Source of the DNA: a virus
Taxonomy: Duplodnaviria; Caudoviricetes
Strand: one strand, 5' to 3'
Length of the DNA stretch: 64,000 nt
IMG/VR virus record: IMGVR_UViG_3300028025_000089
Shown: one piece after another, positions 38,701 to 46,992 of the stretch
Position numbering within the stretch: the stretch's first letter is position 1
How the letters are laid out: each line of letters starts with the position of its first letter
The notes under the pieces: generated by a model
What the model was told of the DNA's origin: nothing
The model's input: only the letters and a program-made list of their open reading frames with translations
Databases searched by the model: none
Translations under genes and position numbers: made by a program

Positions 38701-41700
38701 AACTTCGTGATATGTTTGTTCCAATTAATTTAATTAATGGTGGGGTATATCCTTCACCTAATGGGGCAAATTTAAAAATTAATACAAGTGCGGGTTACAT
38801 ATATGGTTTGGGTATTAATTTCGCATCGAATACATTAGAACCAAATTCATTATCAATATCAGGAACTAGTCCTTGCACATTTCAATATAGAACTCAAACA
38901 GGTGGGACGGTTACAAATGTTACTGATATTGATCCACTTAACTATGATGTTGGTGGAGTTAAAACACCAATAACAGGAACTAAAACAACAAACCAAAGAA
39001 TTTTTTTATTACAAAATGGTTCGTTTAGAATTCAATACGGTCAAAACGTTTATACCACATTTGCAGAAGCGGTTGCATCATTACAAACCGAATCATTCAC
39101 GGAATTCCCTAATTTTATTAACAATGCCGTTCTTATTGGAATCTTAACGGTGACATCGACCGCAACTGATTTAACGGATCCTGCAAAGGCAAGATTTTTC
39201 TTCGCATCCAAATTTGGTGAAACTGTAGGTGCTGCGGGAGGAGTGTCAACAACAAACTTACAACAGGCATACAACAACTCATCTCAACCTGAAATCACAA
39301 CTAATTCAACATTAGGTGCTGTTTCAATTAAAAGAGGTAGTGCTTCTGACGCTGATCATGTATTTGAAATTCAAGATGGTGCTGGTGTTGATAGAATGTT
39401 AGTTAATGGTTCAGGTAGAACAACAACGACAGATTTAACAATTACAGGTCTTACAGTTAATTCAGGATTGACAAGATTTTTAGTTGTCGATACAAGTGGA
39501 AACACATATTACAGAACAAGTGGTGCCGATGGAACATCGGGAACTAACGGGACATCAGGGACTAATGGAACTAGTGGTAGTTCAGGAACTAATGGTACAA
39601 GTGGAACCAATGGAACTAGCGGTAGTTCAGGGACAAATGGAACATCCGGCACAAACGGGACTAGCGGTTCTTCAGGGACTAATGGGACAAACGGGACATC
39701 TGGAACGAATGGCACAAGTGGAACAAATGGAACTAGTGGTTCTTCAGGAACTAATGGAACAAACGGCACATCAGGGACTAATGGAACATCTGGCACAAAT
39801 GGTTCTTCGGGGACTAACGGTAGTTCAGGAACAAATGGAACATCTGGCACAAACGGGACTAGCGGTAGTTCAGGAACAAACGGGACTTCAGGAACTAATG
39901 GCACAAGTGGAACCAATGGAACTAGCGGTAGTTCAGGCACAAATGGAACATCCGGCACAAACGGGACTAGCGGTTCTTCTGGAACCAATGGAACAAGCGG
40001 TAGTTCAGGCACAAATGGAACATCAGGATCTAGCGGAACTAATGGAACATCAGGAACTAATGGAACTAGCGGTTCTTCAGGCACAAATGGAACAAGCGGA
40101 ACCAATGGGACTAGCGGTAGTTCAGGAACAAACGGAACAAATGGAACTTCAGGGTCTAGCGGAACTAATGGAACAAACGGTAGTTCAGGCACAAATGGAA
40201 CATCAGGATCTAGCGGAACTAATGGAACCAATGGAACATCGGGAACAAACGGAACTAGCGGTAGTTCAGGGACTAACGGCACATCAGGAACAAATGGGAC
40301 AAGTGGAACTTCACCAACAGTTCCAGGATCAAATGACCAAGTATTAACTTCAAACGGGTCAGGTGGAATAGTTGCAGAATCTTTATTAACATTTGATGGA
40401 ACTAAATTAAGTATGTTATACCAATCAGGTGATGAAGGTGGTGAATTATTCTTAAACAAGGCGGTTACCAATACAACATTAAGTGGTGGAATTACAATAG
40501 ATTCATACCAAAATAAATTAAGATTTTTTGAACAAGGTGGAACTGCGAGAGGTGCGTATATTGATTTAACAGCATGTGCTGCCGGTGTTGGCACAAATTT
40601 ATTAAGTGGTGGTGGAACGACTAGTGGAACAAATGGAACATCGGGAACCAATGGAACATCGGGAACTAATGGAACAAACGGAACATCCGGCACTAATGGC
40701 ACAAGTGGAACTTCAGGATCTAGCGGAACTAATGGAACATCGGGATCTAGCGGAACTAATGGAACATCGGGAACCAATGGGACTTCAGGGTCTAGCGGAA
40801 CTAACGGAACAAGCGGAACCAATGGGACTAACGGAACAAGCGGTTCTTCAGGCACTAATGGAACTAATGGAACAAGCGGAACGAATGGAACTAATGGTTC
40901 TTCAGGAACAAACGGCACATCAGGGACAAACGGGACATCTGGCACTAATGGAACAAGTGGTTCTTCAGGGACTAATGGAACTTCAGGGACTAATGGGACT
41001 AGCGGTTCTTCAGGGACAAATGGAACATCGGGAACCAATGGGACTTCAGGGTCTAGCGGAACTAATGGAACATCGGGGTCTAGCGGAACTAATGGAACGT
41101 CAGGAACTAATGGAACAAGTGGTTCTTCAGGAACTAATGGAACTTCAGGAACAAATGGAACTTCAGGAACAAATGGAACTAGTGGTTCTTCAGGGACAAA
41201 CGGGACAAGTGGTAGTTCAGGCACTAATGGAACTAATGGTACAAGTGGAACTAACGGTAGTTCTGGAACTGACGGAACAAGCGGAACAGGATTTTCATCA
41301 ATTTCACCAACTACAAATGATAACATATTAACAGCAAACGGAACTTCAAATTCTGCAGATTCAGAACCAAATTTAACATTTGACGGAATAAATAATATTC
41401 TGAATGTAACGGGTAGAACCAACATGACAGACTCAACTGCAGCACCAGCACCTTCGTTAAGTATTGTAAGTAACCCAACAGTACCGGTTAAAAGAACAAT
41501 ATCTGTTACTAATTCAGGTGACGGTATAAATACAAATGATCTATTTGGAGTTCAAACATTAGTGACAGGTGCGGTTAATAGTGCAATTGGATACTCTACT
41601 GACGTTTCAGATGCCGTAGGAGAAAATATTGGTGTTGATATTATCAATGCTTCAAGTCAGTCAGGATCAACTCAATGGGGGTCAAGAACAAACGTTGTGA

Positions 41701-42725
41701 GTGCTGGACCAGATATTAAATATGGTCACTACACTTTATTGGCCAACGGAGGTAAAGATAATTATGGTAATTATAATCAAGTTTCTGACGGGACAAATTC
41801 AAACACAGCTTACTATGGTAATGTAACGGGAATTGTAAATAAATTTGGTTACGTATTACAAGGAACAAACTCTTCAGCAAAACCATCAGGTAGTGATACA
41901 CAATATGGTGTGTCTCTTACCGTTAATGGTGCAGGTAACACATCAAGCACACAAAAATACGGAGGTTACTTTGATGTAAGTGGGGATGCTAAAGGACATA
42001 GTGGTATATATACTAAAGCCCAAAGTGCCACCGCAGCTAATTATGGTGTTGAGGCATATGCCTCGGGTATATATGGAAATAATTATGGTATTTACGCTTT
42101 AAATGATACAGTAGTTAGTGGAGGTTTAGACGTTCAACATGGTGGGTATTTTGAATCCACTGGTTTTGGTGATGTAACATCAACAATAAAATATGGTGTT
42201 TTTGCGTCGGCTTCAAACACGTCACTTGAAAACTATGGTTTATTTACTCAAGCAAATGGTGGTGATAAAAATTATTCATTATATGCTGCCGCTGGTAGAT
42301 GGACATTAAGACACGACCCGAATGTCGAATTAGGTATAAGTGACCCTGAAGGTTATGGTGACATTGTATATTTTGGTGGTGGAGGAAGTTCATTTGCAGC
42401 CGGTGATGTTGTTTATTTAAACGCAACAGGTGATTGGTCACCAACAGATGCTGGTAATTCTGGTAACTCAACAAATATGTTAGCATTAGCTCTTGGTAAC
42501 AATGTGTCAGATGGACTTTTGATTAGAGGTTACGCATATTCAAGTAGTTGGAGTTGGACCATTGGTGCACCTTTATATTTGGTTTCTGGAACTGCAGGGG
42601 CTATGACAAATACAGCACCATCAAGTGGAGGTGACGTTGTTAGAATAGTTGCTTATTCTATAGACTCGGCAACAGGAGGAAAAAAAATATATTTTAATCC
42701 TGATAATAGTTGGACAATAGCTTAA
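35742..42725 (+). CDS. Giant Gly-X-Y (GTS/GTN/GSS/GTD) collagen-like fibre protein, 2327 aa
   Basis: Four Gly-X-Y blocks separated by beta-rich fibre domains; beta-solenoid NYG repeats and a decoration-like C-terminal domain. Confidence 0.85.
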   Translation: MPIYNRLTDRQKVSAVTLNDIFHVVVTGDTTQSPQGSSYYAPLSDLQSLLSGSTGPAGTSGTNGTSGTNGTSGTNGSSGINGTSGTNGSSGTNGSSGTNGTSGTNGTNGTSGISGSSGTSGSSGSSGSSGSSGTNGTSGTNGSSGTNGSSGTNGTSGTNGTSGTNGTNGTSGSSGTSGSSGTSGTNGTSGTNGSSGTNGTSGSSGANGTSGTNGTSGSSGTNGTSGTNGSSGSSGTNGTDGSSGSSGTNGTSGANGSSGTNGTSGTNGTDGSSGTNGTSGSSGTNGTSGSSGTSGTDGLTCINYTLSAPGPTDSQFTGTTCDGVQQTGNVASGTSYSDCFISGSVTMNNGGIITNNGICVGTSGTSGTNGTNGTSGTNGSDGTSGTNGTSGTNGTSGTNGTDGSSGINGSSGTNGTSGTNGTDGTSGLNGTSGTNGTSGTDGISGTNGTSGTNGSSGSSGTNGTDGTSGTNGTSGSSGTNGTDGTSGSSGTNGTDGTSGSSGTNGADGSSGTNGTSGTNGSSGTNGTDGTSGTNGTDGSSGSSGTNGTSGSSGTNGTNGTDGTSGTNGTDGTSGTNGTSGSSGTNGTDGTSGTNGTDGSSGTSGTNGTSGTNGTDGSSGTNGSSGTNGTDGTSGTNGTSGTDGTSGSSGTNGTSGTNGTSGTNGTNGTSGTNGSSGTNGTDGTSGTNGTSGSSGTNGTDGSSGTSGTNGTSGTNGTDGTSGTGFNTVQDPALTRVLTSDGTPNGAIAQSGLTYNGTQLTVTGLTYTSGVTSTSKITFPQITINSSYTATTNDYMIDVTGGTFTVSLPSAVGIQGRLLVVKNNGGGAVTVDPYGSETIDGKPFVILGETNSIQLASNGSEWVALGYNISTVNSSTGVFEFTGLTKVSNTTFNVARVKGWIVDDTTNPLSPQLYYVDFSGGTFTDNYVTTDFETFVYLTSGGTIGQQPTILTEQQRRQNIFLGKIGHPEKTSINLVFSQPDFVQSPLSQLRDMFVPINLINGGVYPSPNGANLKINTSAGYIYGLGINFASNTLEPNSLSISGTSPCTFQYRTQTGGTVTNVTDIDPLNYDVGGVKTPITGTKTTNQRIFLLQNGSFRIQYGQNVYTTFAEAVASLQTESFTEFPNFINNAVLIGILTVTSTATDLTDPAKARFFFASKFGETVGAAGGVSTTNLQQAYNNSSQPEITTNSTLGAVSIKRGSASDADHVFEIQDGAGVDRMLVNGSGRTTTTDLTITGLTVNSGLTRFLVVDTSGNTYYRTSGADGTSGTNGTSGTNGTSGSSGTNGTSGTNGTSGSSGTNGTSGTNGTSGSSGTNGTNGTSGTNGTSGTNGTSGSSGTNGTNGTSGTNGTSGTNGSSGTNGSSGTNGTSGTNGTSGSSGTNGTSGTNGTSGTNGTSGSSGTNGTSGTNGTSGSSGTNGTSGSSGTNGTSGSSGTNGTSGTNGTSGSSGTNGTSGTNGTSGSSGTNGTNGTSGSSGTNGTNGSSGTNGTSGSSGTNGTNGTSGTNGTSGSSGTNGTSGTNGTSGTSPTVPGSNDQVLTSNGSGGIVAESLLTFDGTKLSMLYQSGDEGGELFLNKAVTNTTLSGGITIDSYQNKLRFFEQGGTARGAYIDLTACAAGVGTNLLSGGGTTSGTNGTSGTNGTSGTNGTNGTSGTNGTSGTSGSSGTNGTSGSSGTNGTSGTNGTSGSSGTNGTSGTNGTNGTSGSSGTNGTNGTSGTNGTNGSSGTNGTSGTNGTSGTNGTSGSSGTNGTSGTNGTSGSSGTNGTSGTNGTSGSSGTNGTSGSSGTNGTSGTNGTSGSSGTNGTSGTNGTSGTNGTSGSSGTNGTSGSSGTNGTNGTSGTNGSSGTDGTSGTGFSSISPTTNDNILTANGTSNSADSEPNLTFDGINNILNVTGRTNMTDSTAAPAPSLSIVSNPTVPVKRTISVTNSGDGINTNDLFGVQTLVTGAVNSAIGYSTDVSDAVGENIGVDIINASSQSGSTQWGSRTNVVSAGPDIKYGHYTLLANGGKDNYGNYNQVSDGTNSNTAYYGNVTGIVNKFGYVLQGTNSSAKPSGSDTQYGVSLTVNGAGNTSSTQKYGGYFDVSGDAKGHSGIYTKAQSATAANYGVEAYASGIYGNNYGIYALNDTVVSGGLDVQHGGYFESTGFGDVTSTIKYGVFASASNTSLENYGLFTQANGGDKNYSLYAAAGRWTLRHDPNVELGISDPEGYGDIVYFGGGGSSFAAGDVVYLNATGDWSPTDAGNSGNSTNMLALALGNNVSDGLLIRGYAYSSSWSWTIGAPLYLVSGTAGAMTNTAPSSGGDVVRIVAYSIDSATGGKKIYFNPDNSWTIA
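35895..36641 (+). repeat. Gly-X-Y block 1 (83 triplets)
   Basis: 747 nt = 83 x 9 nt. Confidence 0.85.
36822..37901 (+). repeat. Gly-X-Y block 2 (120 triplets, rich in GTD)
   Basis: 1080 nt = 120 x 9 nt. Confidence 0.85.
39522..40313 (+). repeat. Gly-X-Y block 3 (88 triplets)
   Basis: 792 nt = 88 x 9 nt. Confidence 0.85.
40626..41282 (+). repeat. Gly-X-Y block 4 (73 triplets)
   Basis: 657 nt = 73 x 9 nt. Confidence 0.85.
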
Positions 42726-42727
42726 AT

Positions 42728-45658
42728 TTAAAACTGTCTATTATCAATGTAGATAATAACTTCATTGTAGTATTCTATAAAATGTTCGTTCCATAAATCC
42801 CACTTTATGTTTACACCATCAATAGAATACACTTCAAAGTTATTAAACATTTGTAAAATATTATCTCTAAACCATCTGAACTTACATTCATGAAAGTTTT
42901 CATCGTTACGTAAATGAAACTCGGTAACAATTTTTGGGATTGTTTTTAAAAATTCTATATTAGATGGTTGAAACACATCGTATTCTCCCCCTTCACAATC
43001 ACACTTAAGAAAATCAATTTTATCAATTCCATTCTCATCTAAAAATTCTCTGAATGTAAAAGTAGGAACACTTTCACTAATTCCATCCCATGTAATGTCA
43101 ATTCTTTTTTTGTCAGTAATTGCACCCTGAATTATTTTGACATTATTTTTTCCAACGTTCCTTTTTAAAACTTCTATTTGATATGATAATGGCTCAACAA
43201 CAAAACATTGTTTTGGATTGTTCGGTAAAATTGAATACGTGAATGGTCCTAATGATGCACCTAAATCAACAACAATATCACCCTCTTCTACGGTAAAACA
43301 TCTATCATATATGTTATGATCTTCAATTTCTTTAATTGCGGCCTCACTATACCAATTAGTTTTTCCTCCCCAATCAAAACCATCTAATTTATTTTTTTTC
43401 TCAATAACTTGTTCTTTATTCATAATCTTATTTATTTCTTTTATCACCATGTCTGATGTTATTTTTTTGGAACATTCAAATTGACGATCAGTTCCTTTAT
43501 GAAGTGGACACCAATTCCAATCACCAGCGTTTAATCTATCATTATTAAAACATCCATGACATACGTCTTCATTTATAACTCTATATGTGTCTAACTTTGT
43601 TTCTGCAAATTTTTCACTAAACCCTGAAATTAAAATGACGGGTAATTCACATGCCCAAGCCAACCAAGATAAGCCTGAACCTAACCCAATGAAAAACTCA
43701 CAAGTTGATAAATCATCAATTACTTCTTGTAAATTACCACCTTTATATATTGTAACTCCTTTTGGGTAAAAATTATTCATATACCCATCACCTTCTTTAG
43801 AATAGATCATACATTCATAACCTAATGCATCAAGATGATCTATAACGGACTGCCACCCATCAGGATTGTTCCAATACTTTGCCTGTGCGGTTGAATGAAA
43901 TCCAATACCAACTTTTTTCTTTTTTGGGGTGTTTGGTAATTTAAGTTTTGGTCTAATCTCTTTATATTCTAATCCCAAAATATCCGTTGCTGTTTTTTGT
44001 AATGGCTGTCTTTTAAAATCAAAAGGATGTTTATTAAAATCAAATTCCCCATTTTCGTTGTAATACCAACCAAGTTGATATTGAGCGATTATATTATATA
44101 CCGTTTCACCTGGATCAACAAATTCAATATTTGGGTATTCATTTTTAAATAATGAATTCATAAATGTGGATACGATCAACTCGCAATTGTGTTTTTTTCT
44201 AAACTCCTCACAATATGGAATCCAAGCCAACGTGTCACCAAGAGATTTTGAACCGAAAGAAATATAAACTCTTTTGTTTTCAAGATTCAAAACATTTGAA
44301 TAAATAACATTTTTGTTTTCTTTTATTTCGGTTTTCCATTTTGTGTAATATTGTCTATTAACTTTAACCCAAGAATTGATTTTAATATTATTGTTATAAA
44401 TAATATTTTCTTGTTCATCAAAAAAGGTAATCTCAAAGTTTGAATCGTCATCCCCTGTTATTTCAATAAAAGGATTTACAACAAAATGATTATTTATCTT
44501 GCATGATTTTGTTATTGGATTATTTATTGTTTTTGTTACATTTTTAACTTCTTTATAAAAATCTAATAACTCTTTTTTAAAATCCCTTTCATTATTTATT
44601 TCATAAGTTTCATTTGAATTTAATAACTCAAGTAAGGTATTTTTTATGTCGTTGTAATCGTTTGATTTGATTGGTGTAATATACTTGTCAAACATTCCAA
44701 CATATTGTGGTAGATTTCTTGTCATTATTTTCATTCCATAGTTAATAGATTCTCTAATAACCAAAGGATTACATTCCCAAGTTGAGTTAAACATTAAAAC
44801 ATCACAGGCTTTCATAAATGTATCAACATCATCTCTTTCACCCCACACCGTAACATTCTTTGGTAAATCATCCATTATTGGTTTCCAATAATTTTCAAAG
44901 TTTGACGCTTGGTTTCCAATAAAATGAAAATGTAAATCAGGGTGAGTATCTTGTAATAATCTTGCAACTTCAATACCCTCCTTTTGATTTTTACCTTCAG
45001 TCCAAAGACCGACATTTAAAATGTGTGTTTTTGTAATTGGGATGTTTAATTTTTCTCTTTCTGTTATTTTTTTTAATAATGGAACTCTATGTGATTGATC
45101 AACTATACTAAGGTCATTTAGTATATCACTTACCTTATCTTCCAATGGATATTCCCAAACTTTCTTTGGTGTATCAAGTTTGTTAAATTGACTTGTCAAA
45201 TGATAAGGGGTGACTAAAGAATAATAGTCAGGGTGTAGTTTTTTATTTGTATTTCCATTAAACCAAATGTTATGACAAGTCTCAACAATTCTCCACGTTC
45301 TATCATTATCATATAATTGGTTAAGTAGATCTAAAGGAATTTTATTAAAACTTTCAAACCCTTCCGGTATTTCTTCAATATGGACAATATCAATTTCATT
45401 TTCCTTTATAATATCAATTAGTTGATATTTTTTTTCAGGTTCTGTAAACCAACCTAATGTGAAAAAATGATTTGAATCAAGTAAGTCAATTATCTTATTT
45501 CTTTGAACTATGTATGTGTCACTAAACTGCGAATATTCTACAAGAAAAACTTCAATTTCATTTTTATATTCCAATAAAGATTCAATTCTCTTTAATACGA
45601 ATTGTGGCATCCCTCCTGTTGATAAATGGGGAACAACATACATTAATTTTATTTTCAT
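42728..45658 (-). CDS. Fusion: GT4 + autotransporter O-heptosyltransferase-like (Aah/TibC) + FkbM methyltransferase
   Basis: GT4: PHLSTGGMPQF, STWECNPLVIRE. Aah-like: SKSLGDTLAW, STAQAKYWNN, FIGLGSGLSWLAW, LISGFS, VCHGC..NWCP..FEC. FkbM: VVDLGASLG, VVEP, IDFLKCDCEGGE. Confidence 0.88.
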   Translation of the reverse strand: MKIKLMYVVPHLSTGGMPQFVLKRIESLLEYKNEIEVFLVEYSQFSDTYIVQRNKIIDLLDSNHFFTLGWFTEPEKKYQLIDIIKENEIDIVHIEEIPEGFESFNKIPLDLLNQLYDNDRTWRIVETCHNIWFNGNTNKKLHPDYYSLVTPYHLTSQFNKLDTPKKVWEYPLEDKVSDILNDLSIVDQSHRVPLLKKITEREKLNIPITKTHILNVGLWTEGKNQKEGIEVARLLQDTHPDLHFHFIGNQASNFENYWKPIMDDLPKNVTVWGERDDVDTFMKACDVLMFNSTWECNPLVIRESINYGMKIMTRNLPQYVGMFDKYITPIKSNDYNDIKNTLLELLNSNETYEINNERDFKKELLDFYKEVKNVTKTINNPITKSCKINNHFVVNPFIEITGDDDSNFEITFFDEQENIIYNNNIKINSWVKVNRQYYTKWKTEIKENKNVIYSNVLNLENKRVYISFGSKSLGDTLAWIPYCEEFRKKHNCELIVSTFMNSLFKNEYPNIEFVDPGETVYNIIAQYQLGWYYNENGEFDFNKHPFDFKRQPLQKTATDILGLEYKEIRPKLKLPNTPKKKKVGIGFHSTAQAKYWNNPDGWQSVIDHLDALGYECMIYSKEGDGYMNNFYPKGVTIYKGGNLQEVIDDLSTCEFFIGLGSGLSWLAWACELPVILISGFSEKFAETKLDTYRVINEDVCHGCFNNDRLNAGDWNWCPLHKGTDRQFECSKKITSDMVIKEINKIMNKEQVIEKKNKLDGFDWGGKTNWYSEAAIKEIEDHNIYDRCFTVEEGDIVVDLGASLGPFTYSILPNNPKQCFVVEPLSYQIEVLKRNVGKNNVKIIQGAITDKKRIDITWDGISESVPTFTFREFLDENGIDKIDFLKCDCEGGEYDVFQPSNIEFLKTIPKIVTEFHLRNDENFHECKFRWFRDNILQMFNNFEVYSIDGVNIKWDLWNEHFIEYYNEVIIYIDNRQF

Positions 45659-45711
45659 CTAAAAAAAAATAATTTATTCATATTATTTGTGTAGTATCTT
45701 ACTATTAGTTT

Positions 45712-46638
45712 GTGAAAGAAATTTGTTTAGACATATCAGATTGTAGAGCGTTAGGTGATACTTTATGTGCAACCCCAACGATTAGAAAACTATATCACTC
45801 TTATGGAAAAAAAATTTCTGTAATCACACATTATCCTGAATTGTTTTATAACAATCCATATGTTTTAGAAATTTTTGATAATTCAAAAAATAAAGAAGAA
45901 TTATCAGATCATGAAATTTTTTCAACTTTCGACATTTCATACAAAGAAAATGGTGTTTGTAATAAACATAACACAATTGATATTAGACAATTTCACGCAA
46001 TTAATCTTGGGTTTATGTTAACCAAAAATGAGATGACCTTAGATTATTTTCCAAATGATGTGTCATTACCTGATCTACCAAAAAAATATGTTTTAATTCA
46101 TCCCGTTCAAAATTGGGAATCAAGAACTTGGCCAATAAAAAATTGGCAAATGTTAACACAGTTGTTAAATGAAAAAGGGATTCATGTTATTTCTGTTGGT
46201 AAAGATTCTTCTGAATTGGGAGGGTCTAATGTTGATAAACCTGTTTTTGATTTTCCAATTAAGTTGGGATATAACTTAATGAATCAAACTTCAATAGATC
46301 AAACTTGGCATTTAATAAATAATAGTTCTTGTTTTGTGACTATGGATTCGGGTCTTTTACATTTAGCGGGAACAACAGATGCCGAAATAATACAATTAGG
46401 AAGTTCAATCGATCCTGAGTTTAGATCACCATATAGAAATGGTAGTCAAGAATATAAGTATCATTATGTTAGTGGTGGTTGTGGTTTACATTGTGCCTCA
46501 GATATGAAATATGGTGTTCGTGAGTGGGGATCAATACAAGGTATACCTTCTTTAGTAAAATGTTTAGAAAGAAAAGAAACTTTTGAATGTCACCCAAATA
46601 TCTTATCGGTATACAATAAAATTTTAGAAATAGTTTAA
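45712..46638 (+). CDS. GT9-family (heptosyltransferase-like) glycosyltransferase
   Basis: ALGDTLCATPTIRKL, LIHP..SRTWP, FVTMDSGLLHLA; GTG start. Confidence 0.8.
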   Translation: MKEICLDISDCRALGDTLCATPTIRKLYHSYGKKISVITHYPELFYNNPYVLEIFDNSKNKEELSDHEIFSTFDISYKENGVCNKHNTIDIRQFHAINLGFMLTKNEMTLDYFPNDVSLPDLPKKYVLIHPVQNWESRTWPIKNWQMLTQLLNEKGIHVISVGKDSSELGGSNVDKPVFDFPIKLGYNLMNQTSIDQTWHLINNSSCFVTMDSGLLHLAGTTDAEIIQLGSSIDPEFRSPYRNGSQEYKYHYVSGGCGLHCASDMKYGVREWGSIQGIPSLVKCLERKETFECHPNILSVYNKILEIV

Positions 46639-46643
46639 TTTGG

Positions 46644-46650
46644 TATTTAT
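46644..46650 (+). promoter_or_regulatory. Putative late promoter TATTTAT
   Basis: 5 nt upstream of ATG at 46656. Confidence 0.5.
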
Positions 46651-46655
46651 GTTAT

Positions 46656-46955
46656 ATGCCAAACATAGTTCAAATTAATTCTTTATCGGGAACGGCACCT
46701 TTTGATTTATATGTGTGTGATCAAACAATTTCATATTGTTTTTTTGTTGCGAGCATTTCAGGATCACCATATACATTTGATGTTCCACCCCCATTAGATT
46801 CAACAACACCAATTATATTAAAAGTTATTGATGCAAATAACTGTGAGGTAATATATCTATTATCTTGTGGTGAAATTTATATTAAAGAATTTGAAGGGTT
46901 TGAAGTGTTCTTATTTCAGGATGCAAATGTATTTATATTTGAAGGTCCACCTTAA
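46656..46955 (+). CDS. Small hypothetical virion-type beta protein
   Basis: 99 aa, KVIDANNC motif, late motif upstream. Confidence 0.55.
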   Translation: MPNIVQINSLSGTAPFDLYVCDQTISYCFFVASISGSPYTFDVPPPLDSTTPIILKVIDANNCEVIYLLSCGEIYIKEFEGFEVFLFQDANVFIFEGPP

Positions 46956-46992
46956 CAATTTACTATTGAGATGTCTATAATATTTTTGTTTT

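Noticed and set aside
30594-41282. CRISPR array
   Set aside because: All repeats are in-frame coding repeats without unique spacers; no cas genes
35893-41331. Plus-strand off-frame MEHQELME-type ORFs
   Set aside because: Produced by aat-gga junctions in the repeat; no independent expression signals
35858-41425. Long minus-strand Val/Pro/Leu ORFs (35858-36592, 36713-37918, 39509-41425)
   Set aside because: Antisense shadows of the Gly-X-Y codons, which lack stop codons in that frame
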